IMG/VR virus record: IMGVR_UViG_3300045242_000062 | Location: 1 to 41,868 of that record | Direction: 5' to 3' (one strand) | Origin: a virus | Taxonomy: Duplodnaviria > Caudoviricetes | Length of the DNA stretch: 41,868 nucleotides | Shown here: piece by piece, positions 16,588 through 26,662 of the stretch | How positions within the stretch are numbered: position 1 is the stretch's first letter | Layout: every line of letters starts with the position of its first letter | Program-made: the position numbers and the translations under genes | The notes under the pieces: generated by a model | The model's input: only the letters and a program-made list of their open reading frames with translations | Told to the model about the DNA's origin: nothing | The model's database searches: none

Positions 16588-17103
16588 CTACCGCATCCGT
16601 CGCGCGCGGATATTACCCTGCGCCGTCACCGTGCCGCTGAAGTACGCCTGCGCATTCAGCCACACCGTGGTCGGTGCCGTAACGTTGTAGCGATGCGCCG
16701 ACGTTGGCGCCCGCTGATTGGTGGCACCGGCCGGAAATGTCGCGTTGACGAAAATGTCCGTGCCACCGCCGATCCCCGCACCGAATGCGTTCAGCGTGCC
16801 GCTGCCGGTGACGAAGGTCGCACCACCCGACACGTCCCAGTCACCAGCCGTAAGGGCCAGCGACACGACGTTGACTAAGGTGCCGGTCACCAGCGACACC
16901 GGCCCGGCGCTCGCGGTCAGATACTCGCCGACCTCGCCGGGCTGCGCGTCGGAGCCGTCCACCGAGCCCTTATGCATGGTCAGAGCGATCTGCTGCAGCG
17001 CATCGACCAGATCCTGGTGGTGAGCCTGCCACAGCGGCGCGTGCAACCCGTCGTCGTTCAACGCCGCAGTGTTGACCGGTGGCGATAGCCGCGTGAGATC
17101 CAT
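16588..17103 (-). CDS. Tail-associated structural protein
   Basis: Directly follows the tail hub gene; beta-rich C-domain (SLALTAGDWDVSG). Confidence 0.65.
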   Translation of the reverse strand: MDLTRLSPPVNTAALNDDGLHAPLWQAHHQDLVDALQQIALTMHKGSVDGSDAQPGEVGEYLTASAGPVSLVTGTLVNVVSLALTAGDWDVSGGATFVTGSGTLNAFGAGIGGGTDIFVNATFPAGATNQRAPTSAHRYNVTAPTTVWLNAQAYFSGTVTAQGNIRARRMR

Positions 17104-18596
17104 CAACTCGCCCCGGTGGTGATCTCGGCATCGACCGCGTAAATCGTCGCCGCGCCACTCAGCGTCAGCCTGAACACCCGCTGGCGGAAGCTGCCAAGCC
17201 GCGTGGTAAACACCCGCTGCCGGCGGTTATACGCCCCCAGCCTGGCGGTCATCGTCCGCGGGCCGCCGGTCCACGTAAACCCACCGTCGTCGGACCAGTC
17301 GAGCGTGACCGTGCCGTCCTCGAGCCGTCCGTCGCCGCTTTCCATCTCGACCTCCAGCCGCGCGCAGAAGGCGCGACTTGCCCCGGCCCAGAGCGGCGGA
17401 AATACGATCTGGCGGCTGATCGGCGTGATGTCCTCCAGCCCAGCCAACGGCGAATTAACCTGCGACGTGAAGATGGCGCCCGACTGAACATCGCCGAACC
17501 ACAGCATGGTGCCGGGATGCACAGTGGCATTCGCCCGCCACCGCCCGCCGTCGCTCGCCCGGTCGTGCCATTGCTTGGTCGCGCAGTCATAGACCAGGGT
17601 CCGCGTGCGCCAGTTCATCACATACAGCACATGCCCGACCTCGGTGTAAGTGAACGCCGAAACCAGGTCATACGGATTCAGTTCGCGGATGATCTCCTCG
17701 ACGGCGTGCGTGGACACCCGCACCGCCTGGTAGCCGTTGGTCTTGTAGACCACCTGGTTATGCGCGAGCCAGAATATCGACGCATCGCCTGCCGCCACCG
17801 ACTGCGGCGAGGCCATCGCGAAGGGGATCACGCCACCAGCGCGCCGTCGATACGGGAAGAAGCTCGTGCCGGGGGTCGTCTCGAGTCCCGACGCGCCCGC
17901 TGCGTACCAGATCTCGACGCCGGCTTCGCCCATCATCCACAAATCGGTGCGATACGGGAAAACGCGCCGCAACACGTTGGGCAACGCATCGGTGTAAGCG
18001 AAATCCAGTGCGTCGAAGTTCGACGGATCGAGCAGATGCGAGATGAAGAACCTCGCAGAGTTCTCGTAAGAGACGAAAATATGGTAGCCGTCGTGGAACG
18101 CGACCGACTGCGCGCCGGGCCAGGTATCGCCACTGATCTGGTTCAGCGACGAGCCAGGGTCGTGGCTGCAGGTGAATGCATTCGGCGGCACGCAGACGAC
18201 GGCTGCGGTTGCGCCGCAGGCGATTGTGTACATGGCATCGTAGGCTGGTATCACGTCGGTTGCCGGCGTGCCGATATCGCCAAGATCCTCGACCGTGAAA
18301 TCGGGCGCCGAGCCGATCTGCGGGATCAGCCGGTAGAAGTGCGTGCCGCTGACCACATAGACGCGGCCCGGCAGGTCGTCGTTCATCGCGTGGATCGGCC
18401 CGGCACCGACGAGGCGGTTGACCGACAGTCCGGGCGTCGGTACCAGCGCCACTTGCGACCGCGCATCGTCCGGAGATTTCTCGGCCATGAAGTTCTGCAG
18501 GAACTTCGTTGACAGCGGCTTCGACGGGTGCTGGTAGCTTTCGGTCGGGAACGGTATTCGCCGCATCCCTGGTGGCTGGGGGGCCTGACCGCTCAT
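17103..18596 (-). CDS. Tail hub / packaged DNA stabilisation protein (P22 gp10-like)
   Basis: 497 aa beta-propeller-like; LVPTPGL, RVSTHAVE, TLVYDCATKQWHDR, WSDDGGFTW, RLGSFRQRVFRL. Confidence 0.85.
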   Translation of the reverse strand: MSGQAPQPPGMRRIPFPTESYQHPSKPLSTKFLQNFMAEKSPDDARSQVALVPTPGLSVNRLVGAGPIHAMNDDLPGRVYVVSGTHFYRLIPQIGSAPDFTVEDLGDIGTPATDVIPAYDAMYTIACGATAAVVCVPPNAFTCSHDPGSSLNQISGDTWPGAQSVAFHDGYHIFVSYENSARFFISHLLDPSNFDALDFAYTDALPNVLRRVFPYRTDLWMMGEAGVEIWYAAGASGLETTPGTSFFPYRRRAGGVIPFAMASPQSVAAGDASIFWLAHNQVVYKTNGYQAVRVSTHAVEEIIRELNPYDLVSAFTYTEVGHVLYVMNWRTRTLVYDCATKQWHDRASDGGRWRANATVHPGTMLWFGDVQSGAIFTSQVNSPLAGLEDITPISRQIVFPPLWAGASRAFCARLEVEMESGDGRLEDGTVTLDWSDDGGFTWTGGPRTMTARLGAYNRRQRVFTTRLGSFRQRVFRLTLSGAATIYAVDAEITTGAS

Positions 18597-20182
18597 CAGT
18601 TGATCAACCCGAGCAGCACCGAGAAATTGACCGCTGCCGCTGGCGCAGCGCTAACCTGCACCGTGACGTTTGACGCATCCGCGACGGCCCACCATTGCAA
18701 CGTGGATACTGTCGGCCCGCCGTTCGGCGTCACCAGCGTGATATCCGGCGTCGCACCCAGCAGATGCGGCAACACAACCGAGGTGCCGGCCGCCGGCATC
18801 TGGCCCCTAGTTGCCCACAGGCCCGGTGCTTTCAGGCACTGCCCGCCGGCCAGGATATGCGTAGGGCCGATGGTCGAGAATGCCACCGTTTCTGCATCGG
18901 CGCGGATGATGCTGCCGGCTGCCGATTGCAGGGCGTAGGCGCCGCCATTGAGTTGGTCCCACTGGTGCAAATTGCACGCCGCCAGCCGCACGTGATTGCC
19001 GCTACTCGCAATCCACACGCTGGAATTTCCGGCATTGCCGAGCCAGCACCCGGTCAGCAGCACCACCGAACTGGAGCCGCCGCCCTCGATGGTCAGACAG
19101 CTAGTGGAAACGATCGGCGAGGCGGGACAGCCGAGATTGCACCCAGACAGGAATACCGTATGGCCGCCAGTGGCATCGTTGATGACGAACGGATTGCCGC
19201 ACTCATCAAAATCGCAGTTCGTCAGCCGCGCATTCGACACGTTGCCTGCCGCCGTCGCGGCAAGGTTGACGCCGATCCAGTACCATATGCAAAAGAAGTT
19301 ATCGATCACCGGATCATCGACGCGGCCCAGGTTCAGCGCCCTGCCGTTGGCTTTCTGCCAGGCCAGCACGTTGGCATCGAGCGACCAATACACCCAGAAG
19401 TGCACATCGCGGATGGTCACGATGTCCTGCTGGTTGTCGAGCACGATACCCTGGGTCAGCGGCTGCCCGACGATGCGGTCCAGCACCACCCGACCCGCTG
19501 ACTGCCCGGCCGCACGGATGCCAATGGTTGGATTGAGCAGGCAGAGGTGATGCAGATAGATATCCGATCCGGCTGGGATGTCGATCGCTGGCGGGTAGTT
19601 ATACGGCGCCCAGCTAGGCGCGGGTGCTGGCTGGGTGTGATAGACGCCGAAATGCGACAATTCGACGCCGAGCGCCTGATTGTTCGCCGATGGCGTGCCC
19701 GACGGATTGATGACGAACGCCGAAACGAGATGCGAACCATCGAGCGTGATCCACGTCCCGGCCCCGGTCGGCGGCGTTACCGGCGCAGTGAACAACGCCT
19801 GCGCGGGTTCGACATAGGCGCCGGTAATCCGCACCCCGCGGTTGATGGTCAGCGGTGCCGAGATCAGATATCGCCCGCCGGGGATGTAGAGCGTCTGTTG
19901 CTGGGCAATCGCGGCGTTGATCGCCGCCTGCAGCGCCGCGGTGTCGTCGGCCACGCCGTTGCCCACCGTGCCGTATGATTTCGCTGAGATGCCGGTGGCT
20001 GCGGCCACCCGCGCTGCGGTCTCCGCATCGATCGCGGCCGCCGTGCCGAGACCAGTCGCTACGTAGTTTTTGAGCGCCAGCGCGCCGAACCGGCCGGAAC
20101 CCGAGCGCTCACCGACGACCGAACTGGCATCGGTAACGGTGCCGAGGTCCGGCATCTCCACGATACGGATGCTATCGCTCAT
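18596..20182 (-). CDS. Tailspike with pectate-lyase-3-like beta-helix (putative depolymerase)
   Basis: SAKSYGTVGNGVADDTAALQAAINAA...LYIPGGRYLIS followed by beta-helix repeats. Confidence 0.85.
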   Translation of the reverse strand: MSDSIRIVEMPDLGTVTDASSVVGERSGSGRFGALALKNYVATGLGTAAAIDAETAARVAAATGISAKSYGTVGNGVADDTAALQAAINAAIAQQQTLYIPGGRYLISAPLTINRGVRITGAYVEPAQALFTAPVTPPTGAGTWITLDGSHLVSAFVINPSGTPSANNQALGVELSHFGVYHTQPAPAPSWAPYNYPPAIDIPAGSDIYLHHLCLLNPTIGIRAAGQSAGRVVLDRIVGQPLTQGIVLDNQQDIVTIRDVHFWVYWSLDANVLAWQKANGRALNLGRVDDPVIDNFFCIWYWIGVNLAATAAGNVSNARLTNCDFDECGNPFVINDATGGHTVFLSGCNLGCPASPIVSTSCLTIEGGGSSSVVLLTGCWLGNAGNSSVWIASSGNHVRLAACNLHQWDQLNGGAYALQSAAGSIIRADAETVAFSTIGPTHILAGGQCLKAPGLWATRGQMPAAGTSVVLPHLLGATPDITLVTPNGGPTVSTLQWWAVADASNVTVQVSAAPAAAVNFSVLLGLIN

Positions 20183-20691
20183 GCCAGGACGGGCTCCAGG
20201 ATGTCGGTGGTAATCGGGATTCTATCGTCGGTCAGCAGCGCCGGCGCCGGCAGCATGAACGGCACCCCGCCGGGACGAACATGCAGCCGGCCGGACAGCA
20301 GCACCTCGGCGCCCTGGGCGTCGTAATTGAGCTGCACAGCCCAGCCGCAGCGACGTGGCCAGAGGCTCATCGTGCCGGATAGGAACGCGAAGTCGAACGC
20401 ACCGAGGGCATCGGATGGCACGCCGGCGGCACTCCAAAGGATCTGGCCGCACACCGGCAGCAGCATGCCATAGTCGTCATAGAAGCCCGACGCATCCGGC
20501 CAGACGATAAGCTGCATTGATGGGCCGCCGATGCCGCCGGTGAGATCCAGCGCCTGCGCGCAGGGGTTGTCGCTGTCCACCACGGTGATGCGCAGATAGA
20601 GGCTATCGGCAGCGGCCATCACCAGGTCGCGGCGTGGAATGTGGATGGGTGAGGTGCGCATGTAGGGCACCGTCATGGCCATGGATGGCAT
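20179..20691 (-). CDS. Tail accessory/adaptor protein
   Basis: Coupled ORF in the tail operon; beta-rich. Confidence 0.6.
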   Translation of the reverse strand: MPSMAMTVPYMRTSPIHIPRRDLVMAAADSLYLRITVVDSDNPCAQALDLTGGIGGPSMQLIVWPDASGFYDDYGMLLPVCGQILWSAAGVPSDALGAFDFAFLSGTMSLWPRRCGWAVQLNYDAQGAEVLLSGRLHVRPGGVPFMLPAPALLTDDRIPITTDILEPVLA

Positions 20692-20700
20692 CGGCGGCTC

Positions 20701-21795
20701 CTACGGGGTGACTGAGGGCGTAACCGTGCCGGCGCAGCGCATGTTGCCGGAGGCGTCCACACTCCATTTATCGACGCCCGCCACGACGTAATAGAGTTTG
20801 CCGGAGCGATATTGCAGATATGCGCCGGGAGCACTGTTCAGCGCCGGACCGCCATTCATGTCGATGATCTGTCCGGCGGACATACGAACCGCCGCCACCG
20901 GATCAGTCACGCCGGGCGGTGGTGCCGCACCACGGCTGTCGAGAAAGTTGCGGATCAACGTCGGTTGCCCAGCACCGCCCTGCACGCACAGCAGACTGTC
21001 CACGTAGGCCGACGCCGTGCCGTTGATCCCGGTCCCGAACCAGATGCCGGCGGTGTATTCACTGTTGATCGTGGTTGACATATTCGCGAACACAGCATGC
21101 ACCATCTGGCGAATGCCAATGCCGCCAAACCGGCTGCCGTTCGCGCCGTCATCAGCGCCGGTCGCGTTCAGATCCCATTCCATGCCAGTAAGCTGGCCGG
21201 AAGTTGACGACGGTGTGCCCTGGAAATCCGCAACGTCGGTGATCAGCCCGGTGGTCAGCCCAGTCCCGGCATTGCGCCACGCCTGGATGTAGGCACTGAC
21301 CAACTGACCGCCCGATGTGCTGCTGTTCATGGCTTTGACCAGGAACGGCCATTCCTGGCAGCCATTGCCGGCGGTATTGCCGAACTCGACCTGTAGCGTC
21401 TTGTTGATGTTCGACGGCGTGCCGCCTGTGAATGTGGTTGCCCGCCGGAACCGGAAGTCGCCGCCGTCCGTGGCCGCGAACGCATTGCGCTGAAATATGA
21501 GTTCAGCCGGCGGCTTAAGTGCGGAGATGCCGCCCTGAGACACGATGGGGCCGGGGATGCTGCCAATAGCCCAGCCGATCTGCGACGATGGCACCACATG
21601 CACCCACGCGGCGCTGAGGCGGCCGTAGGCTGTCCCATCCACCGGCGCCTCTTGGAGCCCTCCAGGCGGCCCAGGAGGCCCGGCAGGCCCAGGCGGCCCG
21701 CGCCAGCCCTCGCCGGCGGGATCGCAGGGCACGTCTGGCGGCTGCGGAGATCCCGCGAAACCGGGGCCGCCGGGGATGACGAGGCCGTCGGGCAT
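20701..21795 (-). CDS. Tail fibre protein with collagen-like and foldon-like motifs
   Basis: GPPGPAGPPGPPG then EAPVDGTAYGRLSAAW. Confidence 0.75.
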   Translation of the reverse strand: MPDGLVIPGGPGFAGSPQPPDVPCDPAGEGWRGPPGPAGPPGPPGGLQEAPVDGTAYGRLSAAWVHVVPSSQIGWAIGSIPGPIVSQGGISALKPPAELIFQRNAFAATDGGDFRFRRATTFTGGTPSNINKTLQVEFGNTAGNGCQEWPFLVKAMNSSTSGGQLVSAYIQAWRNAGTGLTTGLITDVADFQGTPSSTSGQLTGMEWDLNATGADDGANGSRFGGIGIRQMVHAVFANMSTTINSEYTAGIWFGTGINGTASAYVDSLLCVQGGAGQPTLIRNFLDSRGAAPPPGVTDPVAAVRMSAGQIIDMNGGPALNSAPGAYLQYRSGKLYYVVAGVDKWSVDASGNMRCAGTVTPSVTP

Positions 21796-21811
21796 CAGTG
21801 CCTCTCAAGCA

Positions 21812-22714
21812 TTATGAGTGCGGAAACACCACGAGGTAGGCATGCACCAGCGTCAGCGTGTCAGCGGCGTTGGCCAGTGTGCCGGTGACGTTGATGTATG
21901 TGTCAGCAGTCGTATCGAATGGCAGCGTGAAAAACGCCGCGCCGCCGGACCCAAAAGGCGTTGTGGGCGTCGGCGAGAATATCACCTGTGAATTCGTCGC
22001 GTTGTTGTTGCGGATGATAACCAGAGTCTGCGCAGTGGCCGTCGTCGTGACAGCAAGGGCGGACCCGACCGAATTGCCGGTAATGCCCGCCGTGGTTGAT
22101 AACCGATGCGTGATCGTTTTGTTATTGGCGTTGTTCGTGTAACTCCAGAGGCATTTTATCTCAGCGGCACCATTGGCGCCCATCGTGTTTCCAGGGATGC
22201 GTAACGCCGCCAGCCCAGTCTCGGTCGTCACGCCGGTGAGCGGCACCTGTCCGGCGGTGGTGGCAACATATGAACCAGACGGCTTCGCATCGACATAGGC
22301 TCTGCTCGCGGCGTGCTGGGCGAGTGTCGGCGACCCCGACAGAGATAGCGGTCCGGTCATCGGGATCGTGCCGTCCAGACGCACATACTGCGCATCAGCC
22401 GTGGCCTGCTGCATGTAGCGCGTGTCACCGTTCACCCAGGCCAGATTACGCCGCACATAGGCATTGCCGTCATTAGCCGCGTCGGGGATGTAGTGCGACG
22501 GGTTGGCGGCGTCGTATGGCGTATAGCCTTGCGCCATCGCCACATCGCCCTGCGTCAGCGTCACCGCCCCGGTGCGGGAATTGAACGACTGCACGGTGCT
22601 CGGAGGCGGCCCGGCAAGCGCCCACTTCACACCATCCCAGCGATAGATGGCGCCGTTGGTGCCCCCGGTTACCATCTGACCAACGGTCGGGCTGGACGGA
22701 AAGTCGAAGGCCAT
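21812..22714 (-). CDS. Tail fibre protein
   Basis: MAFDFPSSPTVGQ...YRWDGVKW; VQSFNSRTGAVTL; YIPDAANDGNAYVRRNLAW; HAASRAYVD. Confidence 0.8.
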   Translation of the reverse strand: MAFDFPSSPTVGQMVTGGTNGAIYRWDGVKWALAGPPPSTVQSFNSRTGAVTLTQGDVAMAQGYTPYDAANPSHYIPDAANDGNAYVRRNLAWVNGDTRYMQQATADAQYVRLDGTIPMTGPLSLSGSPTLAQHAASRAYVDAKPSGSYVATTAGQVPLTGVTTETGLAALRIPGNTMGANGAAEIKCLWSYTNNANNKTITHRLSTTAGITGNSVGSALAVTTTATAQTLVIIRNNNATNSQVIFSPTPTTPFGSGGAAFFTLPFDTTADTYINVTGTLANAADTLTLVHAYLVVFPHS

Positions 22715-24675
22715 TACACGGTCACCGTCTCGACGAAGGGAACCGCCCAGGCGTCGAGCGTTTTCGTGACACTGTTCCAGCCGTTAGGAAACAGCACCGA
22801 ACGCGGGCCGTTCATCACGAGGTTGCCGCCAATGCCAGGATCGGTGCTTGGGTTCGGACCACCCGGCCCGTACCACGCATAGGACACCTCATCGCCCACG
22901 AGCGCCGGAACGCCGATGTCGATTATCACGGTTAGCCCCGAAATGACCGGCGTAGCGATCAAGGGCAGTTCAGTGCCACCTCGGTAGACGTGAAAGCCCT
23001 TCTGCGGCCACTCTTTGACGCCATCCTCGCGGTTGTTCTGCCAGACCATCACGGCGGTCGCGAAGTCTGGCCCGGCCGGTCGGGCGAACGGGATGGTAAA
23101 CGTCGTGCCGCTGCGGGTGATGGCGCCACCAGTCAGCGGGCGCCAGAGCGGAGTCCAGGCGATGCCGAGATCTTCGACCAGATGCTTGATATAGCCTTCC
23201 CACTCACCACCGCGCGCGGTGCCGTAGTCCCCGGTGTGTATCCAGTCGGTGCCGTTGAACTGCCAGGGGTACATCGACGTGCAGAAGAACACGCGACCGG
23301 AGAACTGGCCGCCCTGTCCTGGCGCGTGAGTGCGGCAGAACTGCACAGTGGCGTAATTCGAGACCGTATAGACCGTGCCGTATGAAATCCCGGCCGGCAG
23401 TTGGAAATACCAGTTCAGCGGCGCGGGACCGGGCAGGTTCAGGCTATCGAACATCAAAAGCATATCGGTCAGGTCGTTGACCTTGCTCGCGGCGGTATTG
23501 TCTGCCGCCCCGCCCTGCCAGTAGCCGGCGGAACGATAGGTCGCGTCCAGGTAGCCGCTGCGTGGCGCGAGTTCCGCCACAATGTCGCGGAATGCCATCT
23601 CCAGATCTGGATCTGCCGGGACCGCCTGTGCCAGCACGCGCGCGGCCTGGCGTTCCTCCACGTCGAACTGCATGAAGTCAGCCGGGTCAGCCTCGATCGC
23701 GGGAGGCTCATCCACGCCACGCGCTTCCAACGCAGCATCAACTTCAGCCTGCATCGCAGTCGGTAGCAAAGACGCGATCGCGTTGAGGATCGTGGTCAGG
23801 CCGCGCCAGCTATTTGTTGACGTTGAAAGCGGCCCGCTCGCCACATTGATCGGCGACCCGATCAGCACTTGATACGTCCCAGGCCCACCCGAGGTTCCAG
23901 AGATAAACGACTGGATTGTCGTGGCAGGCGTGCCACCTGGCATGCCGTTGGTGATCGTGTCGCCGACAACGATGGTTCCGCTCTGCACGCTGTCAACGAC
24001 AAGCGTATCGCTCAAAGCGGCAGCACCAACGCGACCAGTAAAGCTGGCGCCCCCCGACGTGGTGAACGGCGTCCCTGGGACCGTGCTGCTACCGACCGCA
24101 ACCCGATACGTCCCGGTTGTGCCGGGATTGGGGCCGTCCAGCACCATCGTGTTCGCCGCAATACCGGGGCCGCTCATCAGCATCTGCCACTGCGAGAGCT
24201 TGCGGCTGCTTACGGCTGTCACGGTCATCGACCCATTGACGATCGACGCCGTAAAGGTCGCGCCGGGACTGAGACCGCCGCCGCCGCCGGTTTCCCAGGT
24301 GCTGCCGGGATACCCCGCGCAGAACTCCAGAATCGGCGGCAGATATGTCGCACCGCCGGCGAGACGCCAAAGCTGCATTGCCGCCACCGCACAGCGCCCA
24401 AGCGCAAACGTGTTGCTTGCCTGATAGCCGGTGACACCGATGATTGTGCCAGGAATGGCAATGCCGGCGCTGTTCGGCATCGGTCCCGGCCCAAGGCCAC
24501 CACCCATCGTGGATGTCTTGAGCGCGAGCAAGGTCTGCGGCTGCGGGTTGAAGCCAAAGGCACCAAAGCTAGGAAAGTCATTGACCCGCCATGACTGGCC
24601 GTAGCTGATATGAACCTCGGGCGCGACCGGCGGGCGTCGGTCAGGTGCGAACAATCTGGCGGGCAGAGCGAACAT
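22714..24675 (-). CDS. Tail-associated protein with split SGNH/O-acetylesterase-like motifs
   Basis: Likely start MFALPARL at 24675 (coupled); YGQS...WQGG...DWIH motifs interrupted by two beta repeats (FTASIVNGSMTVTAV / FTGRVG...TLVVDSV). Confidence 0.65.
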   Translation of the reverse strand: MFALPARLFAPDRRPPVAPEVHISYGQSWRVNDFPSFGAFGFNPQPQTLLALKTSTMGGGLGPGPMPNSAGIAIPGTIIGVTGYQASNTFALGRCAVAAMQLWRLAGGATYLPPILEFCAGYPGSTWETGGGGGLSPGATFTASIVNGSMTVTAVSSRKLSQWQMLMSGPGIAANTMVLDGPNPGTTGTYRVAVGSSTVPGTPFTTSGGASFTGRVGAAALSDTLVVDSVQSGTIVVGDTITNGMPGGTPATTIQSFISGTSGGPGTYQVLIGSPINVASGPLSTSTNSWRGLTTILNAIASLLPTAMQAEVDAALEARGVDEPPAIEADPADFMQFDVEERQAARVLAQAVPADPDLEMAFRDIVAELAPRSGYLDATYRSAGYWQGGAADNTAASKVNDLTDMLLMFDSLNLPGPAPLNWYFQLPAGISYGTVYTVSNYATVQFCRTHAPGQGGQFSGRVFFCTSMYPWQFNGTDWIHTGDYGTARGGEWEGYIKHLVEDLGIAWTPLWRPLTGGAITRSGTTFTIPFARPAGPDFATAVMVWQNNREDGVKEWPQKGFHVYRGGTELPLIATPVISGLTVIIDIGVPALVGDEVSYAWYGPGGPNPSTDPGIGGNLVMNGPRSVLFPNGWNSVTKTLDAWAVPFVETVTV

Positions 24676-25424
24676 CAGAAGCGCAACCTCAAATAACCGT
24701 CGCGCCCATTGCCGCCGTTGTTGTTCCAGCCACCACCGCCGCCGCCGCTGCCACTGCCGACCGTGACCATGGAGCCAACGCTTGGAGCGGCGCCGCCCGC
24801 ACCGCCACGCCCACCGCCACCGAACATGCAGCTTGCACCACCTCCGCCGCTGCCATTCCCGGTGCCGGCAGAGCCACCGCCGCCGACGCCGGCGCCGATG
24901 GCGCCTGCCGCAGCATTGGTACCGCCCGCACCGCCCCCGTTGCCGCCTTGATACCAGGGATTTAACATCGAGGCGTTGGCGCCAGCGCCGCCATTGCCGG
25001 GGGGGCCGCCAGCGCCACCGACACCACCCACGGTCGAACTGACCGGAGCGACGCCGGCAAAGCCACCGATAAGCTGGAAAGTATTCGCCGCTCCCGCGAG
25101 GTTCGCGCCACCCAGCGTGGTTGTTCCGCCGGGTGTCGAGAGGGCGCCCCCAACAATGCCGCCAACACCACCGGTGCCTATGATGATCGTCAGCGTGCTC
25201 TGAGGAACCAGCACGATCGGGTATCCGGTATAGGACGCGCCAGACCCCCCGCCGCCGCCGCCCGATGCTTGTGTGGCGCTTTGCCACCCAGCAGCACCGC
25301 CGCCACCGGCGCCACAGCCATCCAACAACGCGCCGGTCACGTAGGGTGGGACGAGGAACGTATAGGTGCCGGCAGCGATGAACTCGACATAGCGGACGCC
25401 GGTTTGCGGATAGGCGATCGGCAT
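24675..25424 (-). CDS. Glycine-rich virion protein
   Basis: FIAAGTYTFLVPPYVT...GAGGGG...GGNGRDGYLRLRF. Confidence 0.8.
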   Translation of the reverse strand: MPIAYPQTGVRYVEFIAAGTYTFLVPPYVTGALLDGCGAGGGGAAGWQSATQASGGGGGGSGASYTGYPIVLVPQSTLTIIIGTGGVGGIVGGALSTPGGTTTLGGANLAGAANTFQLIGGFAGVAPVSSTVGGVGGAGGPPGNGGAGANASMLNPWYQGGNGGGAGGTNAAAGAIGAGVGGGGSAGTGNGSGGGGASCMFGGGGRGGAGGAAPSVGSMVTVGSGSGGGGGGWNNNGGNGRDGYLRLRF

Positions 25425-25427
25425 CCG

Positions 25428-26018
25428 CTACCACTCCTTGGCGACGAACTGCGCGCCGGTGGCGTCACCGATGATCGACACAGCAGTGACCGACGCTCCG
25501 TTGCTCTCGCTTTCATAGTAGGCACCGGGCGGCAGATAGGTACTGCTGTTCGCCGCCGGATCAGCGCTGCCGCCGAGGTCGTTGAACCACAGATTGGCGG
25601 TCGATTTGTTCTGCAACGACCAGCCGCGCCGCGCAGTGTTCGCGGCCATGAGTTGTTGCGCCTGACCACCCAGCGTGATCGCGCCGGAGCGGTCGTTCTT
25701 GGTGATACCGAACATGAAATCCCCGCCGAGTCCCTGATTGTTCGCCGTCACCCATTGCGTCGAGTTGCCGTCGTAGTAGCCGACGTAAAGCTGCAGCCCG
25801 ACGCTATCGAACCACAGCAGGCCGCTCTGGATCGCCGGCGGCGTATCAGCAACGACCGTCGCACTTCCGCCGCCGCCACTGCCAGGCGGACCCTGTGGCC
25901 CAGCGGGGCCTTGCGGACCCATCGGCCCAGGCGGACCTGGCGGCCCCACCCACCGCTCGGGATCAGGCGGCCCCGTGTCCGTTCCTGGGTAGTCCGAATA
26001 ACGTAACTTGTACGCCAT
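25428..26018 (-). CDS. Collagen-repeat fibre protein
   Basis: GPPGPPGPMGPQGPAGPQGPPG; GLLWFDSVGLQLYV; ANTARRGWSLQN. Confidence 0.75.
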   Translation of the reverse strand: MAYKLRYSDYPGTDTGPPDPERWVGPPGPPGPMGPQGPAGPQGPPGSGGGGSATVVADTPPAIQSGLLWFDSVGLQLYVGYYDGNSTQWVTANNQGLGGDFMFGITKNDRSGAITLGGQAQQLMAANTARRGWSLQNKSTANLWFNDLGGSADPAANSSTYLPPGAYYESESNGASVTAVSIIGDATGAQFVAKEW

Positions 26019-26662
26019 CAGAAATACGTCCCCACCACGGTCTGTCCGCTGGTCGGCAGCGCCACGTATCGGAAGATCGAGAGCATCGCCTCGGCGGTGT
26101 CCTTCGCGTCGGTGTCCATGCCGAACAGCGGCGCCAACGCATCGGCCGCCAGCGTGGCGTAGGGATCACTCAGCGGGTCTGGGATATCGAACACTGTCCA
26201 GCGTGCGATGCCGCGCATGACGAGGTCGTTGTGGACGCTCTGCACCGCTTGCTGGGCGTTGTCGTCGGCACTGAGCACCATGGCGCCCTTGCGAACGCGC
26301 CCTTCCAGCAGCGCCACCACGGCTGGATCTATGGCCTTGCCGAAGCTCGACGCCGCATAGGCTGCCGCGAGCTTGGTGTACTCCTCGGCGAAGGCGCGCG
26401 GCATGGCGGTGCTGTCCCACCACACCACACCCTGCGCATCGAGCGATGCATGCACCGAGGCCACCTTGTCGAGCATCAGCGCCTGGTCGGACGGCGACGG
26501 CGTTTCGTCGGACGCAATCACGCCCAGTTCCACCAGCGCCGCGGTGGCGAGCGTCGCGGCGGGTACCATCTCGGTAAGCGTAGGCGAGTCATCGAGCGGG
26601 ACGACGCGCACGCCGAGCCGACGCAGCGCGACCTGAGCAATCGTCCCGACCGATACCGTCAT
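26018..26662 (-). CDS. Head-tail adaptor (P22 gp4-like) with internal duplication
   Basis: IAQVALRRLGV / LATAALVELGV; position just after the capsid genes. Confidence 0.65.
   Translation of the reverse strand: MTVSVGTIAQVALRRLGVRVVPLDDSPTLTEMVPAATLATAALVELGVIASDETPSPSDQALMLDKVASVHASLDAQGVVWWDSTAMPRAFAEEYTKLAAAYAASSFGKAIDPAVVALLEGRVRKGAMVLSADDNAQQAVQSVHNDLVMRGIARWTVFDIPDPLSDPYATLAADALAPLFGMDTDAKDTAEAMLSIFRYVALPTSGQTVVGTYF

Noticed and set aside
24676-25434. N-terminal 253 aa of the 906-aa ORF
   Set aside because: Arg/Trp-rich alternate-frame shadow of the glycine-rich gene; the real start is likely 24675
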